DNA from: Escherichia coli O78:H51
GTDB taxonomy: Bacteria > Pseudomonadota > Gammaproteobacteria > Enterobacterales > Enterobacteriaceae
Strand: one strand, 5' to 3'
Assembly (NCBI RefSeq): GCF_030347055.1
Contig: NZ_CP126946.1
Length of the DNA stretch: 32,000 nucleotides
Numbering within the stretch: position 1 is the first letter of the stretch; each line of letters begins with the position of its first letter. The notes under the pieces are model-generated. The model was given only the letters and a program-made list of their open reading frames with translations, ran no database searches and was not told the DNA's origin. Positions 1 through 11,924 of the stretch are shown piece after piece. Made by a program: the position numbers and the translations under genes.

Positions 1-221
1 CGGAAGATAAAGTGATGCAGGTAAGCGCAATGGCGGACCAGATGCTGCTGGATTCCAAAAATCCGCAAAGCGCGGGCAACCGGCGCATTGAGATTATGGT
101 GCTGACCAAAAGTGCGTCCGATACGCTGTATCAATACTTTGGTCAGCATGGGGATAAAGTGGTGCAGCCGCTGGTGCAAAAGCTGGATAAGCAGCAGGTG
201 CTTTCGCAGCGAACGCGTTAA
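1..221 (+). CDS. lafU: C-terminal fragment of LafU (lateral flagellar MotB-like protein), truncated by the window edge
   Basis: ORF 12..221 has an OmpA/MotB-like C-terminal motif (NPQSAGNRRIEIMVLTK) and lies just upstream of dinB as in E. coli. Confidence 0.7.
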   Translation, partial: EDKVMQVSAMADQMLLDSKNPQSAGNRRIEIMVLTKSASDTLYQYFGQHGDKVVQPLVQKLDKQQVLSQRTR

Positions 222-257
222 ATGCTGAATCTTTACGCATTTCTCAAACCCTGAAAT

Positions 258-277
258 CACTGTATACTTTACCAGTG
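258..277 (+). promoter_or_regulatory. LexA/SOS box upstream of dinB
   Basis: cactgtatactttaccagtg, the known dinB-type SOS box, directly before the gene. Confidence 0.75.
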
Positions 278-291
278 TTGAGAGGTGAGTA

Positions 292-1347
292 ATGCGTAAA
301 ATCATTCATGTGGATATGGACTGCTTTTTCGCAGCGGTGGAGATGCGCGACAATCCCGCCCTGCGCGATATCCCTATTGCTATTGGCGGCAGCCGCGAAC
401 GTCGGGGGGTGATCAGCACCGCCAATTATCCCGCGCGTAAATTTGGCGTACGTAGCGCTATGCCGACAGGGATGGCGCTCAAATTATGCCCGCATCTCAC
501 CTTGCTTCCGGGGCGCTTTGACGCCTACAAAGAAGCCTCAAATCATATCCGTGAAATCTTCTCGCGCTACACCTCGCGTATTGAACCGTTGTCACTGGAT
601 GAGGCTTATCTCGACGTCACCGATAGCGTCCATTGCCACGGTTCTGCGACCCTCATCGCCCAGGAAATCCGCCAGACGATTTTCAGCGAGCTGCAACTGA
701 CGGCGTCTGCGGGCGTGGCACCAGTAAAGTTTCTCGCCAAAATCGCCTCCGACATGAATAAACCCAACGGTCAGTTTGTGATTACGCCGGCAGAAGTTCC
801 GGCATTTTTACAAACCTTACCGCTGGCAAAAATCCCCGGCGTCGGCAAAGTCTCGGCGGCAAAACTGGAAGCGATGGGGCTGCGGACCTGCGGTGATGTA
901 CAAAAGTGTGATCTGGTGATGCTGCTTAAACGCTTTGGCAAATTTGGCCGCATTTTGTGGGAGCGTAGTCAGGGGATTGACGAGCGCGACGTTAACAGCG
1001 AACGGTTGCGAAAATCCGTCGGCGTGGAACGCACGATGGCGGAAGATATCCACCACTGGTCTGAATGTGAAGCGATTATCGAGCGGCTGTATCCGGAACT
1101 TGAACGCCGTCTGGCAAAGGTAAAACCTGATTTACTGATTGCCCGCCAGGGGGTGAAATTAAAGTTCGACGATTTTCAGCAAACCACTCAGGAGCACGTC
1201 TGGCCGCGGCTGAATAAAGCTGACTTAATCGCCACCGCGCGTAAAACCTGGGATGAACGCCGCGGCGGGCGCGGTGTGCGACTGGTGGGGCTGCATGTGA
1301 CGTTGCTTGACCCGCAAATGGAAAGACAACTGGTGCTGGGATTATGA
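292..1347 (+). CDS. dinB: DNA polymerase IV
   Basis: 351-aa ORF; Y-family motifs [22 protein letters not shown] and [11 protein letters not shown]; SOS box upstream. Confidence 0.98.
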   Translation: MRKIIHVDMDCFFAAVEMRDNPALRDIPIAIGGSRERRGVISTANYPARKFGVRSAMPTGMALKLCPHLTLLPGRFDAYKEASNHIREIFSRYTSRIEPLSLDEAYLDVTDSVHCHGSATLIAQEIRQTIFSELQLTASAGVAPVKFLAKIASDMNKPNGQFVITPAEVPAFLQTLPLAKIPGVGKVSAAKLEAMGLRTCGDVQKCDLVMLLKRFGKFGRILWERSQGIDERDVNSERLRKSVGVERTMAEDIHHWSECEAIIERLYPELERRLAKVKPDLLIARQGVKLKFDDFQQTTQEHVWPRLNKADLIATARKTWDERRGGRGVRLVGLHVTLLDPQMERQLVLGL

Positions 1348-1796
1348 ATAACATACAAATAAGAGACTATCAGCCTGGCGATTTTCAGCAACTATGCGCT
1401 ATTTTCATTAGAGCGGTTACGATGACTGCCAGTCAGCATTATTCACCACAACAAATTGCCGCCTGGGCGCAGATTGACGAATCTCGCTGGAAGGAGAAAC
1501 TCGCGAAATCACAAGTGCGGGTTGCAGTCATTAATGCAAAACTGGTCGGCTTTATTACCTGCGTTGAACACTATATCGATATGTTATTTGTTGACCCTGA
1601 ATACACCCGCCGTGGGGTTGCCAGCGCTTTGTTAAAACCTTTGATTAAGTCTGAATCCGAACTTACGGTGGACGCAAGCATAACCGCAAAACCCTTTTTT
1701 GAACGTTATGGTTTTCAGACAGTTAAGCAGCAACGCGTTGAATGTCGGGGAGAGTGGTTTATTAATTTTTATATGCGTTATAAACAGCAACATTAA
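1344..1796 (+). CDS. yafP: GNAT-family N-acetyltransferase YafP
   Basis: 150-aa ORF starting with a 4-bp overlap with the dinB stop; GNAT motif [15 protein letters not shown]. Confidence 0.9.
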   Translation: MNNIQIRDYQPGDFQQLCAIFIRAVTMTASQHYSPQQIAAWAQIDESRWKEKLAKSQVRVAVINAKLVGFITCVEHYIDMLFVDPEYTRRGVASALLKPLIKSESELTVDASITAKPFFERYGFQTVKQQRVECRGEWFINFYMRYKQQH

Positions 1797-2041
1797 ATCC
1801 AGCTTGCAATGAAAATAACGCAAGCCTAGTATGTGCGCGTTTTCTTATTCCACAAACTGCAAGGAGGTAAATCATGACAAATCCTTTATCAATGACTCTT
1901 TGCAGACCTTTCCAGGATTAATTCTTTTTTTCTTGCCCTGGATTCGTCTGCCATTTCCTGATTTTTTAATTGTTACTCTCAATAATTCAAGTCGCAACAC
2001 ATGCAACTTGAAGTATGACGAGTCTATTTACGGAATGGTAT

Positions 2042-3180
2042 ATGGGCAATTATATTCGTCCCTTATCCGATGCGGTATTTACCATCGCATCTGATGACCT
2101 GTGGATCGAGAGTTTAGCGATCCAACAATTACACACCACGGCAAATTTACCCAACATGCAGCGCGTAGTGGGGATGCCAGATTTACATCCCGGACGCGGC
2201 TATCCGATTGGCGCAGCGTTCTTCTCTGTTGGTCGTTTTTATCCGGCACTGGTCGGCAATGATATCGGCTGCGGTATGGCGCTATGGCAAACAGATATTC
2301 TCACTCGCAAATACAACGCCGATAAGTTTGAAAAGCGATTATCAGATCTGGATGACGTTGCTGAAGAAAGCTGGCTGGAGGAAAACCTGCCGTCAGCATT
2401 TGCACAGCATCCGTGGCGCAGCTCGCTTGGCTCTATCGGTGGCGGCAATCATTTCGCTGAACTGCAACAAGTTGATCAAATCATCAACGCTGAACTGTTT
2501 GCACTGGCAGGTCTGGATGCACAACATCTGCAACTGTTGGTTCATAGCGGCTCGCGGGGGGGGGGCAGTCTATTTTACAGCGGCATATTGCCTCGTTCTC
2601 GCATCATGGTTTGCCTCAAGGCAGTGACGACGCGCTACGGTATATTGCGGAACATGACGATGCGCTGGCGTTTGCGTGTATTAATCGCCAGATGATCGCT
2701 TTGCGCATAATGCAACAAGTTAAGGCCACGGGAAGTCCGGTTCTGGATGTGGCGCATAACTTTGTTAGCGCGTGTCAAATCGGCGATCAACAGGGCTGGT
2801 TGCATCGTAAAGGTGCCACGCCGGATGACAACGGTCTGGTGATTATTCCCGGTTCACGTGGTGATTACTCCTGGATTGTACAGCCTGTTGCGAACGAAAA
2901 AACGCTCCACTCGCTGGCGCATGGGGCAGGGCGTAAATGGGGGCGCACCGAGTGTAAAGGGCGTCTGGCAGCGAAATACACGGCGACGCAACTCTCGCGT
3001 ACTGAACTTGGCAGTCGGGTAATTTGTCGCGATAAACAACTCATCTTTGAAGAAGCGCCACAAGCCTATAAATCGGCTGAAAGCGTGGTGCAATGTCTGG
3101 TGCAGGCCGGTTTAATTATTCCTGTCGCGCGGCTGCGTCCGGTGCTAACGCTCAAAAACAGTGGAGGGAAAAAAGGATGA
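2042..3180 (+). pseudogene. RtcB-family RNA ligase (RtcB2-like), reading frame interrupted at a G10 tract
   Basis: ORFs 2015..2695 and 2611..3180 together give one RtcB protein (GMPDLHPGRGYPIG, GNDIGCGMA, LVHSGSRG, then PQGSDDALRYIAEHDDALAFACINRQ...HGAGRKWGRTECKGR). The frame is lost at 2556-2565 (GGGGGGGGGG). Confidence 0.85.
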
Positions 3181-3791
3181 TCTTGCTACAACTCTCCTCA
3201 GCGCAGGGGCCGGAAGAATGTTGTCTCGCAGTGAAAAAGGCGCTGGACAGGCTAATTAAAGAAGCTGCCCGACAAGACGTCGCGGTAACGGTGTTGGAAA
3301 CAGAAACGGGCCGCTACTCTGACACGCTGCGTTCAGCTCTGGTTTCTCTGGATGGCGATAACGCATGGGCATTAAGCGAAAGCTGGTGCGGCACTATTCA
3401 GTGGATTTGTCCGAGTCCGTATCGGCCTCATCATGGGCGCAAAAACTGGTTTCTGGGCATTGGGCGTTTTACCGCTGATGAGCAGGAACAATCGGATGCA
3501 ATCCGTTATGAGACGTTGCGTTCGTCGGGGCCGGGCGGTCAACATGTCAATAAAACCGACTCGGCGGTACGCGCCACGCATTTGGCATCCGGTATTAGCG
3601 TGAAGGTTCAGTCAGAGCGTAGTCAGCATGCTAACAAGCGGCTGGCACGATTGCTGATTGCCTGGAAGCTGGAGCAGCAGCAACAGGAAAATAGCGCGGT
3701 GCTGAAATCGCAGCGGCGAATGTTCCATCACCAGATTGAACGTGGCAACCCGAGACGGACATTTACAGGGATGGCTTTTATCGAAGGATAA
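3177..3791 (+). CDS. prfH: Peptide chain release factor homolog PrfH
   Basis: 204 aa from [16 protein letters not shown]; GGQ motif in [21 protein letters not shown]. Confidence 0.92.
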   Translation: MILLQLSSAQGPEECCLAVKKALDRLIKEAARQDVAVTVLETETGRYSDTLRSALVSLDGDNAWALSESWCGTIQWICPSPYRPHHGRKNWFLGIGRFTADEQEQSDAIRYETLRSSGPGGQHVNKTDSAVRATHLASGISVKVQSERSQHANKRLARLLIAWKLEQQQQENSAVLKSQRRMFHHQIERGNPRRTFTGMAFIEG

Positions 3792-3804
3792 TGAAGGATG
3801 AAAC

Positions 3805-3834
3805 TGCCGGAAGGCGATTAAACGCCATCCGGCA
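3805..3834. repeat. REP-type palindrome
   Basis: tgccggaaggcgattaaacgccatccggca between convergent prfH and pepD. Confidence 0.8.
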
Positions 3835-3847
3835 GCAAATCAAATAA

Positions 3848-5305
3848 TTACTTCGCCGGAATTTCTTTCAGCAGTTCAGTCAGCAGTGTCCAGTAATGAC
3901 CTACGCTTTCGATGTGAACTTGCTCATCCGGAGAGTGTGGACCGGTGATAGTTGGCCCGATAGAAACCATGTCCATTTCCGGATACGGTTTTTTGAACAG
4001 ACCACATTCCAGGCCCGCGTGGATAATCTGGATGTTCGGTGTTTTGTTGAACAGACGCTGATAGGTTTCACGTACCAGATGCATCACCGGAGAATTAGCG
4101 TCCGGCTGCCAGCCAGGATATGCGCCTTTCGCTTCGGTTTTCGCGCCAGCTAGTTTACCCAGCGAATCCAGCATGCTCACCACGTAGTCTTTACCGCTGT
4201 CGATCAGTGAACGGATCAGGCAGTGAATTTCTACGTTATTGTCAGTCATGGTCACCACACCGACGTTCAGGGAGGTTTCGACCACACCTTTTGCCACGTC
4301 GGAATTGCGGATCACACCGTTCGGGGTGGCGTTCAGCAGACGAATAAAGGTATCGCGAGATTTCGCAATCAGGGCAGCTTTATCGTTCGCTACAGAGTCC
4401 AGCAACAAGGCCAGATTTTTCTCTTTCTCTGCCAGCTCGTTTTTCAGGATCTCCTGATAGGTATTCACCAGAGATTTCAGGACGTCGACTTTATCAGCTG
4501 CGACAGCAATGGTCGCAAAGGCTTCACGCGGGATGGCGTTACGCAGTGTGCCGCCGTTGAAATCGATAAGGCGCAGATCCAGTTCTTCCGCATGACCCGC
4601 CAGGAAGCGCACCAGTAGTTTGTTGGCATTACCCAGGCCAACGTGGATTTCACCGCCGGAGTGACCGCCTTTCAGACCTTTTAAGGTTAACTTGAAGGTT
4701 TCAAAACCAGCTGGAACCGCTTCACGATCTAAATGCAGGTTGGAGGTGAAGTCGATACCCCCCGCACAACCCATGTAGATTTCACCTTCTTCTTCGGAGT
4801 CGGTGTTAATCAGAATATCAGCCTGCAACCAGTTGCTCTGTAAGCCGAACGCACCGTCCATACCGGCTTCTTCGGTCATGGTCAGCAGCACTTCCAGCGG
4901 GCCGTGAACCACGTTTTCGTCAGCCAGAACCGCCAGCGCAGACGCCATACCAATGCCGTTATCTGCACCCAGCGTGGTGCCGCGCGCTTTAACCCATTCG
5001 CCATCAATATAAGGCTGGATAGGATCTTTCGTGAAGTCATGCACGGTGTCGTTATTTTTCTGCGGCACCATATCGAGGTGGGCCTGTAAGACGACCGGTT
5101 TACGATTTTCCATACCTGCGGTAGCAGGTTTACGAATCAGGATATTACCTACCTGATCGCGTTCGACATGGAAACCTTTCTCTTTTGCCCAACCAACAAT
5201 GTATTCAGCGAGTTGCTCTTCATGATAGGACGGGTGAGGAATAGAACAGATTTTGGCAAAAATATCCCACAGCGGCTGTGGAGATAATTGAGACAGTTCA
5301 GACAC
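3848..5305 (-). CDS. pepD: Cytosol nonspecific dipeptidase (aminoacyl-histidine dipeptidase)
   Basis: 485-aa ORF with M20 motifs (VVLQAHLDMVPQKN, GADNGIGMA, TMTEEAGMDGA). Confidence 0.97.
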   Translation of the reverse strand: MSELSQLSPQPLWDIFAKICSIPHPSYHEEQLAEYIVGWAKEKGFHVERDQVGNILIRKPATAGMENRKPVVLQAHLDMVPQKNNDTVHDFTKDPIQPYIDGEWVKARGTTLGADNGIGMASALAVLADENVVHGPLEVLLTMTEEAGMDGAFGLQSNWLQADILINTDSEEEGEIYMGCAGGIDFTSNLHLDREAVPAGFETFKLTLKGLKGGHSGGEIHVGLGNANKLLVRFLAGHAEELDLRLIDFNGGTLRNAIPREAFATIAVAADKVDVLKSLVNTYQEILKNELAEKEKNLALLLDSVANDKAALIAKSRDTFIRLLNATPNGVIRNSDVAKGVVETSLNVGVVTMTDNNVEIHCLIRSLIDSGKDYVVSMLDSLGKLAGAKTEAKGAYPGWQPDANSPVMHLVRETYQRLFNKTPNIQIIHAGLECGLFKKPYPEMDMVSIGPTITGPHSPDEQVHIESVGHYWTLLTELLKEIPAK

Positions 5306-5565
5306 GTTAAGTCTCCTTGTCGATCACCCGCAAAACAGTATTGCAGGTCACAGGGTTAGCAGAAAATGTTGTCAACACAAGACAGGCTTGCGAGATATGT
5401 TTGAGAATACCACTTTATCCCGCGTCAGGGAGAGGCAGTGCGTAAAAAGACGCGGACTCATGTGAAATACTGGTTTTTAGTGCGCCAGATCTCTATAATC
5501 TCGCGCAACCTATTTTCCCCTCGAACACTTTTTAAGCCGTAGATAAACAGGCTGGGACACTTCAC

Positions 5566-6024
5566 ATGAGCGAAAAATACATCGTCACCTGGGACATGTT
5601 GCAGATCCATGCACGTAAACTCGCAAGCCGACTGATGCCTTCTGAACAATGGAAAGGCATTATTGCCGTAAGCCGTGGCGGTCTGGTACCGGGTGCGTTA
5701 CTGGCGCGTGAACTGGGTATTCGTCATGTCGATACCGTTTGTATTTCCAGCTACGATCACGACAACCAGCGCGAGCTTAAAGTGCTGAAACGCGCAGAAG
5801 GCGATGGCGAAGGCTTCATCGTTATTGATGACCTGGTGGATACCGGTGGTACTGCGGTTGCGATTCGTGAAATGTATCCAAAAGCGCACTTTGTCACCAT
5901 CTTTGCAAAACCGGCTGGTCGTCCGCTGGTTGATGATTATGTTGTTGATATCCCGCAAGATACCTGGATCGAACAGCCGTGGGATATGGGCGTCGTATTC
6001 GTCCCGCCAATCTCCGGTCGCTAA
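5566..6024 (+). CDS. gpt: Xanthine-guanine phosphoribosyltransferase
   Basis: 152-aa ORF; PRPP motif [14 protein letters not shown]. Confidence 0.98.
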
Positions 6025-6115
6025 TCTTTTCAACGCCTGGCACTGCCGGGCGTTGTTCTTTTTAACTTCAGGCGGGTTACAATAGTTTCCAGTAAGTATT
6101 CTGGAGGCTGCATCC

Positions 6116-7360
6116 ATGACACAGGCAAACCTGAGCGAAACCCTGTTCAAACCCCGCTTTAAACATCCTGAAACCTCGACGCTAGTCCGCCGCTTTAATC
6201 ACGGCGCACAACCGCCTGTGCAGTCGGCTCTTGATGGTAAAACCATCCCTCACTGGTATCGCATGATTAACCGTCTGATGTGGATCTGGCGCGGTATTGA
6301 CCCACGTGAAATCCTAGACGTCCAGGCACGTATTGTGATGAGCGATGCTGAACGTACCGACGATGATTTATACGATACTGTGATTGGCTACCGTGGTGGC
6401 AACTGGATTTATGAGTGGGCCACCCAGGCGATGGTGTGGCAACAAAAAGCCTGTGCGGAAGAAGATCCGCAACTCAGTGGTCGACACTGGCTGCATGCGG
6501 CTACGTTGTACAACATTGCCGCCTATCCTCATCTGAAAGGAGATGACCTGGCCGAGCAAGCGCAGGCTTTATCAAACCGCGCCTATGAAGAGGCCGCCCA
6601 GCGTCTGCCGGGCACGATGCGGCAGATGGAGTTTACTGTACCCGGCGGTGCGCCCATCACCGGCTTTTTGCATATGCCGAAAGGCGATGGCCCGTTCCCG
6701 ACAGTATTAATGTGTGGTGGTCTGGATGCGATGCAGACGGACTATTACAGCCTGTATGAACGTTATTTTGCGCCGCGCGGCATTGCGATGCTGACTATTG
6801 ATATGCCGTCGGTGGGCTTTTCTTCAAAATGGAAGCTCACCCAGGACTCCAGCCTGTTGCATCAGCACGTCTTAAAGGCGCTGCCTAACGTACCGTGGGT
6901 GGATCACACTCGCGTCGCGGCCTTTGGTTTCCGTTTCGGCGCTAACGTTGCCGTGCGTCTGGCATACCTTGAATCGCCGCGTCTGAAAGCGGTTGCCTGT
7001 CTTGGTCCGGTAGTTCATACCCTGTTGAGTGATTTTAAGTGCCAGCAACAGGTGCCGGAAATGTATCTTGACGTTCTGGCGAGTCGTTTGGGGATGCATG
7101 ATGCTTCCGACGAAGCGTTACGCGTGGAGCTGAATCGCTATTCATTAAAAGTGCAAGGATTGCTGGGACGTCGCTGCCCAACGCCAATGTTATCAGGCTA
7201 CTGGAAGAACGATCCGTTCAGCCCGGAAGAGGACTCACGCTTAATCACCTCATCATCTGCTGACGGTAAATTATTAGAGATCCCATTTAACCCGGTGTAT
7301 CGGAATTTTGACAAAGGTCTTCAGGAAATCACCGGCTGGATCGAAAAACGCTTGTGTTAA
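6116..7360 (+). CDS. frsA: FrsA/YafA esterase-like protein
   Basis: 414-aa ORF, alpha/beta hydrolase-like; syntenic between gpt and crl. Confidence 0.95.
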   Translation: MTQANLSETLFKPRFKHPETSTLVRRFNHGAQPPVQSALDGKTIPHWYRMINRLMWIWRGIDPREILDVQARIVMSDAERTDDDLYDTVIGYRGGNWIYEWATQAMVWQQKACAEEDPQLSGRHWLHAATLYNIAAYPHLKGDDLAEQAQALSNRAYEEAAQRLPGTMRQMEFTVPGGAPITGFLHMPKGDGPFPTVLMCGGLDAMQTDYYSLYERYFAPRGIAMLTIDMPSVGFSSKWKLTQDSSLLHQHVLKALPNVPWVDHTRVAAFGFRFGANVAVRLAYLESPRLKAVACLGPVVHTLLSDFKCQQQVPEMYLDVLASRLGMHDASDEALRVELNRYSLKVQGLLGRRCPTPMLSGYWKNDPFSPEEDSRLITSSSADGKLLEIPFNPVYRNFDKGLQEITGWIEKRLC

Positions 7361-7819
<459 letters not shown>

Positions 7820-7827
7820 GTGAAATG

Positions 7828-7850
7828 TGCCGGATGCATCACATCCGGCA
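7828..7850. repeat. REP-type palindrome
   Basis: tgccggatgcatcacatccggca between crl and phoE. Confidence 0.75.
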
Positions 7851-7857
7851 ATATCTA

Positions 7858-8913
7858 TTAAAACTGATACGTCATCCCAATCGCGACAATATCATCATTA
7901 TTAATATTCAATTTGTTATCGCTATCCAGTTGGTTGATTTTATAATCAACAAATGCTGACATATTTTTGTTGAAATAATACGTAGCACCGACGTCGATAT
8001 AATTAACCAGATCTTCACCACCGATACCTTCAATATCTTTCCCTTTCGATAAGACATAACCCAGCGATGGACGCAGACCAAAGTCAAACTGGTATTGAGC
8101 GACCGCTTCAAAGTTCTGTGTCTTATTGGCAAAGCCGCCAGTTATTGGCGTCATTTTGCGTGTTTCAGAATAAAAAGTTGCCAGATAAATATTATTGGCA
8201 TCGTATTTCAGACCTGTAGCCCATGCTTCTGCACGCTTGCCTGTGCCACGGCTTTGCAGGTTCTGCTCGTTGGTGCGATCTGAGTTGGTATAGGCCCCAC
8301 TAATGGCGAAATCGCTGCCGCCAAAGTCATATGTCAATGACGTGCCGAAGCCATCGCCGTTTTGCTTTTTAACGTCGCGGTTTTCGTTTTTCCCTTGATA
8401 TTGCAGGGTTAAGTTCAGGCCATCGATAACGCCGAAGAAGTCGGTGTTCCGATACGTCGCCAGACCGCTGGCGCGTTTGGTCATAAAGTTGTCGGTCTGC
8501 GCCGAGGAGTCGCCACCAAATTCCGGGAACATATCGGTCCAGGCTTCCACGTCATACAACGCGCCCAGGTTACGGCCATAGTCGAAAGAACCCAAATCTT
8601 TATACTTCAATCCGGCAAAAGCGAGACGCGTTTTTTGCTGTGCAGTATCACTCTCCGCTTTATTTCCGGCAAACTCCGCTTCCCAACGGCCATAGCCAGT
8701 CAGTTGATCGTTAATTTGTGTTTCGCCTTTAAAACCAAAACGGATATAACTCTGGTCGCCATCTTTACTGTCGTTATCACTCATATAATGCATGGCTTTA
8801 ACTTTGCCATAGACATCCAGTTTATTACCGTCTTTGTTATATATTTCTGCGGCCTGTACGGATGCAGATGCCACAATGCCCATCACCACTAATGCCAGAG
8901 TGCTCTTTTTCAT
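7858..8913 (-). CDS. phoE: Outer membrane porin PhoE
   Basis: 351 aa from [21 protein letters not shown]; general porin family, ends GMTYQF. Confidence 0.96.
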   Translation of the reverse strand: MKKSTLALVVMGIVASASVQAAEIYNKDGNKLDVYGKVKAMHYMSDNDSKDGDQSYIRFGFKGETQINDQLTGYGRWEAEFAGNKAESDTAQQKTRLAFAGLKYKDLGSFDYGRNLGALYDVEAWTDMFPEFGGDSSAQTDNFMTKRASGLATYRNTDFFGVIDGLNLTLQYQGKNENRDVKKQNGDGFGTSLTYDFGGSDFAISGAYTNSDRTNEQNLQSRGTGKRAEAWATGLKYDANNIYLATFYSETRKMTPITGGFANKTQNFEAVAQYQFDFGLRPSLGYVLSKGKDIEGIGGEDLVNYIDVGATYYFNKNMSAFVDYKINQLDSDNKLNINNDDIVAIGMTYQF

Positions 8914-8990
8914 TTTCATTCCTGATTTTAATTAACGCGCGAATATTCAGCGGGAGAGCCCCGTTGAAAACAGGAAAGTTTTTAACCTGA

Positions 8991-9012
8991 GATTGTTAAA
9001 GATATATTACAG
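8991..9012 (-). promoter_or_regulatory. PhoB box upstream of phoE
   Basis: Minus strand reads CTGTAATATATCTTTAACAATC, matching the known phoE pho box. Confidence 0.7.
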
Positions 9013-9200
9013 ATTAATAATATTCTTAAAATGTGGTAATTTATTAAATCTGTAATAAAAGCGTAAACAACTGCCGCTAGGCTTGCTGATCCCGCGCAAC
9101 AAAACGCCATGCTTTGCTTGCAGATGGTTGGCAACCGACGACAGTCCTGCTAAAACGTTCGTTTGATATCATTTTTCCTAAAATTGAATGGCAGAGAATC

Positions 9201-10304
9201 ATGAGTGACAGCCAGACGCTGGTGGTAAAACTCGGCACCAGTGTGCTAACAGGCGGATCGCGCCGTCTGAACCGTGCCCATATCGTTGAACTTGTTCGCC
9301 AGTGCGCGCAGTTACATGCCGCCGGGCATCGGATTGTTATTGTGACGTCGGGCGCGATCGCCGCCGGACGTGAGCACCTGGGGTACCCGGAACTGCCAGC
9401 GACTATCGCCTCGAAACAACTGCTGGCGGCGGTAGGGCAGAGTCGACTGATTCAACTGTGGGAACAGCTGTTTTCGATTTATGGCATTCACGTCGGGCAG
9501 ATGCTGCTGACCCGTGCTGATATGGAAGACCGTGAACGCTTCCTGAACGCCCGCGACACCCTGCGTGCGTTGCTCGATAACAATATCGTTCCGGTAATCA
9601 ATGAGAACGATGCTGTCGCTACGGCAGAGATTAAGGTCGGCGATAACGATAACCTTTCTGCGCTGGCGGCGATTCTGGCGGGTGCCGATAAACTGTTGCT
9701 GCTGACCGATCAAAAAGGTTTGTATACCGCTGATCCGCGCAGCAATCCGCAGGCAGAACTGATTAAAGATGTTTACGGCATTGATGACGCACTGCGCGCG
9801 ATTGCCGGTGACAGCGTTTCAGGCCTCGGAACTGGCGGCATGAGTACCAAATTGCAGGCCGCTGACGTGGCTTGCCGTGCGGGTATCGACACCATTATTG
9901 CCGCGGGCAGCAAGCCGGGCGTTATTGGTGATGTGATGGAAGGCATTTCCGTCGGTACGCTGTTCCATGCCCAGGCGACTCCGCTTGAAAACCGTAAACG
10001 CTGGATTTTCGGTGCGCCGCCGGCGGGTGAAATCACGGTAGATGAAGGGGCAACTGCCGCCATTCTTGAACGCGGCAGCTCCCTGTTGCCGAAAGGCATT
10101 AAAAGCGTGACTGGCAATTTCTCGCGTGGTGAAGTCATCCGCATTTGCAACCTCGAAGGTCGCGATATCGCCCACGGCGTCAGTCGTTACAACAGCGATG
10201 CATTACGCCGTATTGCCGGGCACCACTCGCAAGAAATTGATGCAATACTGGGATATGAATACGGCCCGGTTGCCGTTCACCGTGATGACATGATTACCCG
10301 TTAA
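9201..10304 (+). CDS. proB: Glutamate 5-kinase
   Basis: 367 aa from [19 protein letters not shown]; start chosen inside the longer ORF 9114..10304. Confidence 0.97.
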
Positions 10305-10315
10305 GGAGCAGGCTG

Positions 10316-11569
10316 ATGCTGGAACAAATGGGCATTGCCGCGAAGCAAGCCTCGTATAAATTAGCGCAACTCTCCAGCCGCGAAAAAAATCGCGTGCTGG
10401 AAAAAATCGCCGATGAACTGGAAGCACAAAGCGAAATCATCCTCAACGCTAACGCCCAGGATGTTGCTGACGCGCGTGCCAATGGCCTTGGCGAAGCGAT
10501 GCTTGACCGTCTGGCACTGACGCCCGCACGGCTGAAAGGCATTGCCGATGATGTGCGCCAGGTGTGTAACCTCGCCGATCCGGTGGGGCAGGTAATCGAT
10601 GGCAGCGTACTGGACAGCGGCCTGCGTCTTGAGCGTCGTCGCGTACCGCTGGGGGTTATTGGCGTGATTTATGAAGCGCGCCCGAACGTGACGGTTGATG
10701 TCGCTTCGCTGTGCCTGAAAACCGGTAATGCGGTGATCCTGCGCGGTGGCAAAGAAACGTGTCGCACTAACGCTGCAACGGTGGCGGTGATTCAGGACGC
10801 CCTGAAATCCTGCGGCTTACCGGCGGGTGCCGTGCAGGCGATTGATAATCCTGACCGTGCGCTGGTCAGTGAAATGCTGCGTATGGATAAATACATCGAC
10901 ATGCTGATCCCGCGTGGTGGCGCTGGTTTGCATAAACTGTGCCGTGAACAGTCGACAATCCCGGTGATCACAGGTGGTATAGGCGTATGCCATATTTACG
11001 TTGATGAAAGTGTAGAGATCGCTGAAGCATTAAAAGTGATCGTCAACGCGAAAACTCAGCGTCCGAGCACATGTAATACGGTTGAAACGTTGCTGGTGAA
11101 TAAAAACATCGCCGATAGCTTCCTGCCCGCATTAAGCAAACAAATGGCGGAAAGCGGCGTGACATTACACGCAGATGCAGCTGCACTGGCGCAGTTGCAG
11201 GCAGGCCCTGCGAAGGTGGTTGCTGTTAAAGCCGAAGAGTATGACGATGAGTTTCTGTCATTAGATTTGAACGTCAAAATCGTCAGCGATCTTGACGATG
11301 CCATCGCCCATATTCGTGAACACGGCACACAACACTCCGATGCGATCCTGACCCGCGATATGCGCAACGCCCAGCGTTTTGTTAACGAAGTGGATTCGTC
11401 CGCTGTTTACGTTAACGCCTCTACGCGTTTTACCGACGGCGGCCAGTTTGGTCTGGGTGCGGAAGTGGCGGTAAGCACACAAAAACTCCACGCGCGTGGC
11501 CCAATGGGGCTGGAAGCACTGACCACTTACAAGTGGATCGGCATTGGTGATTACACCATTCGTGCGTAA
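10316..11569 (+). CDS. proA: Gamma-glutamyl phosphate reductase
   Basis: 417-aa ORF; syntenic with proB. Confidence 0.98.
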   Translation: MLEQMGIAAKQASYKLAQLSSREKNRVLEKIADELEAQSEIILNANAQDVADARANGLGEAMLDRLALTPARLKGIADDVRQVCNLADPVGQVIDGSVLDSGLRLERRRVPLGVIGVIYEARPNVTVDVASLCLKTGNAVILRGGKETCRTNAATVAVIQDALKSCGLPAGAVQAIDNPDRALVSEMLRMDKYIDMLIPRGGAGLHKLCREQSTIPVITGGIGVCHIYVDESVEIAEALKVIVNAKTQRPSTCNTVETLLVNKNIADSFLPALSKQMAESGVTLHADAAALAQLQAGPAKVVAVKAEEYDDEFLSLDLNVKIVSDLDDAIAHIREHGTQHSDAILTRDMRNAQRFVNEVDSSAVYVNASTRFTDGGQFGLGAEVAVSTQKLHARGPMGLEALTTYKWIGIGDYTIRA

Positions 11570-11683
11570 ATAAAACCGGGTGATGCAAAAGTAGCCATTT
11601 GATTCACAAGGCCATTGACGCATCGCCCGGTTAGTTTTAACCTTGTCCACCGTGATTCACGTTCGTGAACATGTCCTTTCAGG

Positions 11684-11759
11684 GCCGATATAGCTCAGTT
11701 GGTAGAGCAGCGCATTCGTAATGCGAAGGTCGTAGGTTCGACTCCTATTATCGGCACCA
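11684..11759 (+). tRNA. thrW: tRNA-Thr(CGT)
   Basis: gccgatatagctcagttggtagagcagcgcattCGTaatgcgaaggtcgtaggttcgactcctattatcggcacca: full cloverleaf with CCA, downstream of proA. Confidence 0.97.
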
Positions 11760-11776
11760 TTCAAACATCTCCCCAA

Positions 11777-11852
11777 GTCTACTAAAGTCTTTCAAAACCC
11801 CTTATAATCCGCGTATTAAAGCCCCGTTCGTCTTTTGACGTCTACTAAAGTC
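11777..11852 (+). repeat. Two 13-bp direct repeats near attL (candidate integrase arm sites)
   Basis: gtctactaaagtc at 11777-11789 and 11840-11852, each followed within 3 nt by tcaaaa. Confidence 0.5.
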
Positions 11853-11924
11853 CCTCAAAATCTACGGTCAGATGGGGGTACTTATGGGGGTATTTGCTGT
11901 TCGGTTTAGTGGAGGTACCCCCAA

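Noticed and set aside
1831-2094. 87-aa ORF between yafP and the rtcB-like gene
   Set aside because: No family resemblance and it overlaps the likely rtcB-like start.
3896-5089. Plus-strand ORFs opposite pepD
   Set aside because: Shadow ORFs of a well-supported minus-strand gene.
5698-6150. 150-aa minus-strand ORF over gpt
   Set aside because: Antisense to the clear gpt gene and no family resemblance.
9312-10542. Antisense ORFs over proB and proA (9312..9713 -, 9773..10150 -, 9819..10175 +, 10203..10427 -, 10294..10542 -)
   Set aside because: They overlap well-supported genes and have no recognisable domains; usual shadow ORFs of GC-rich codon usage.
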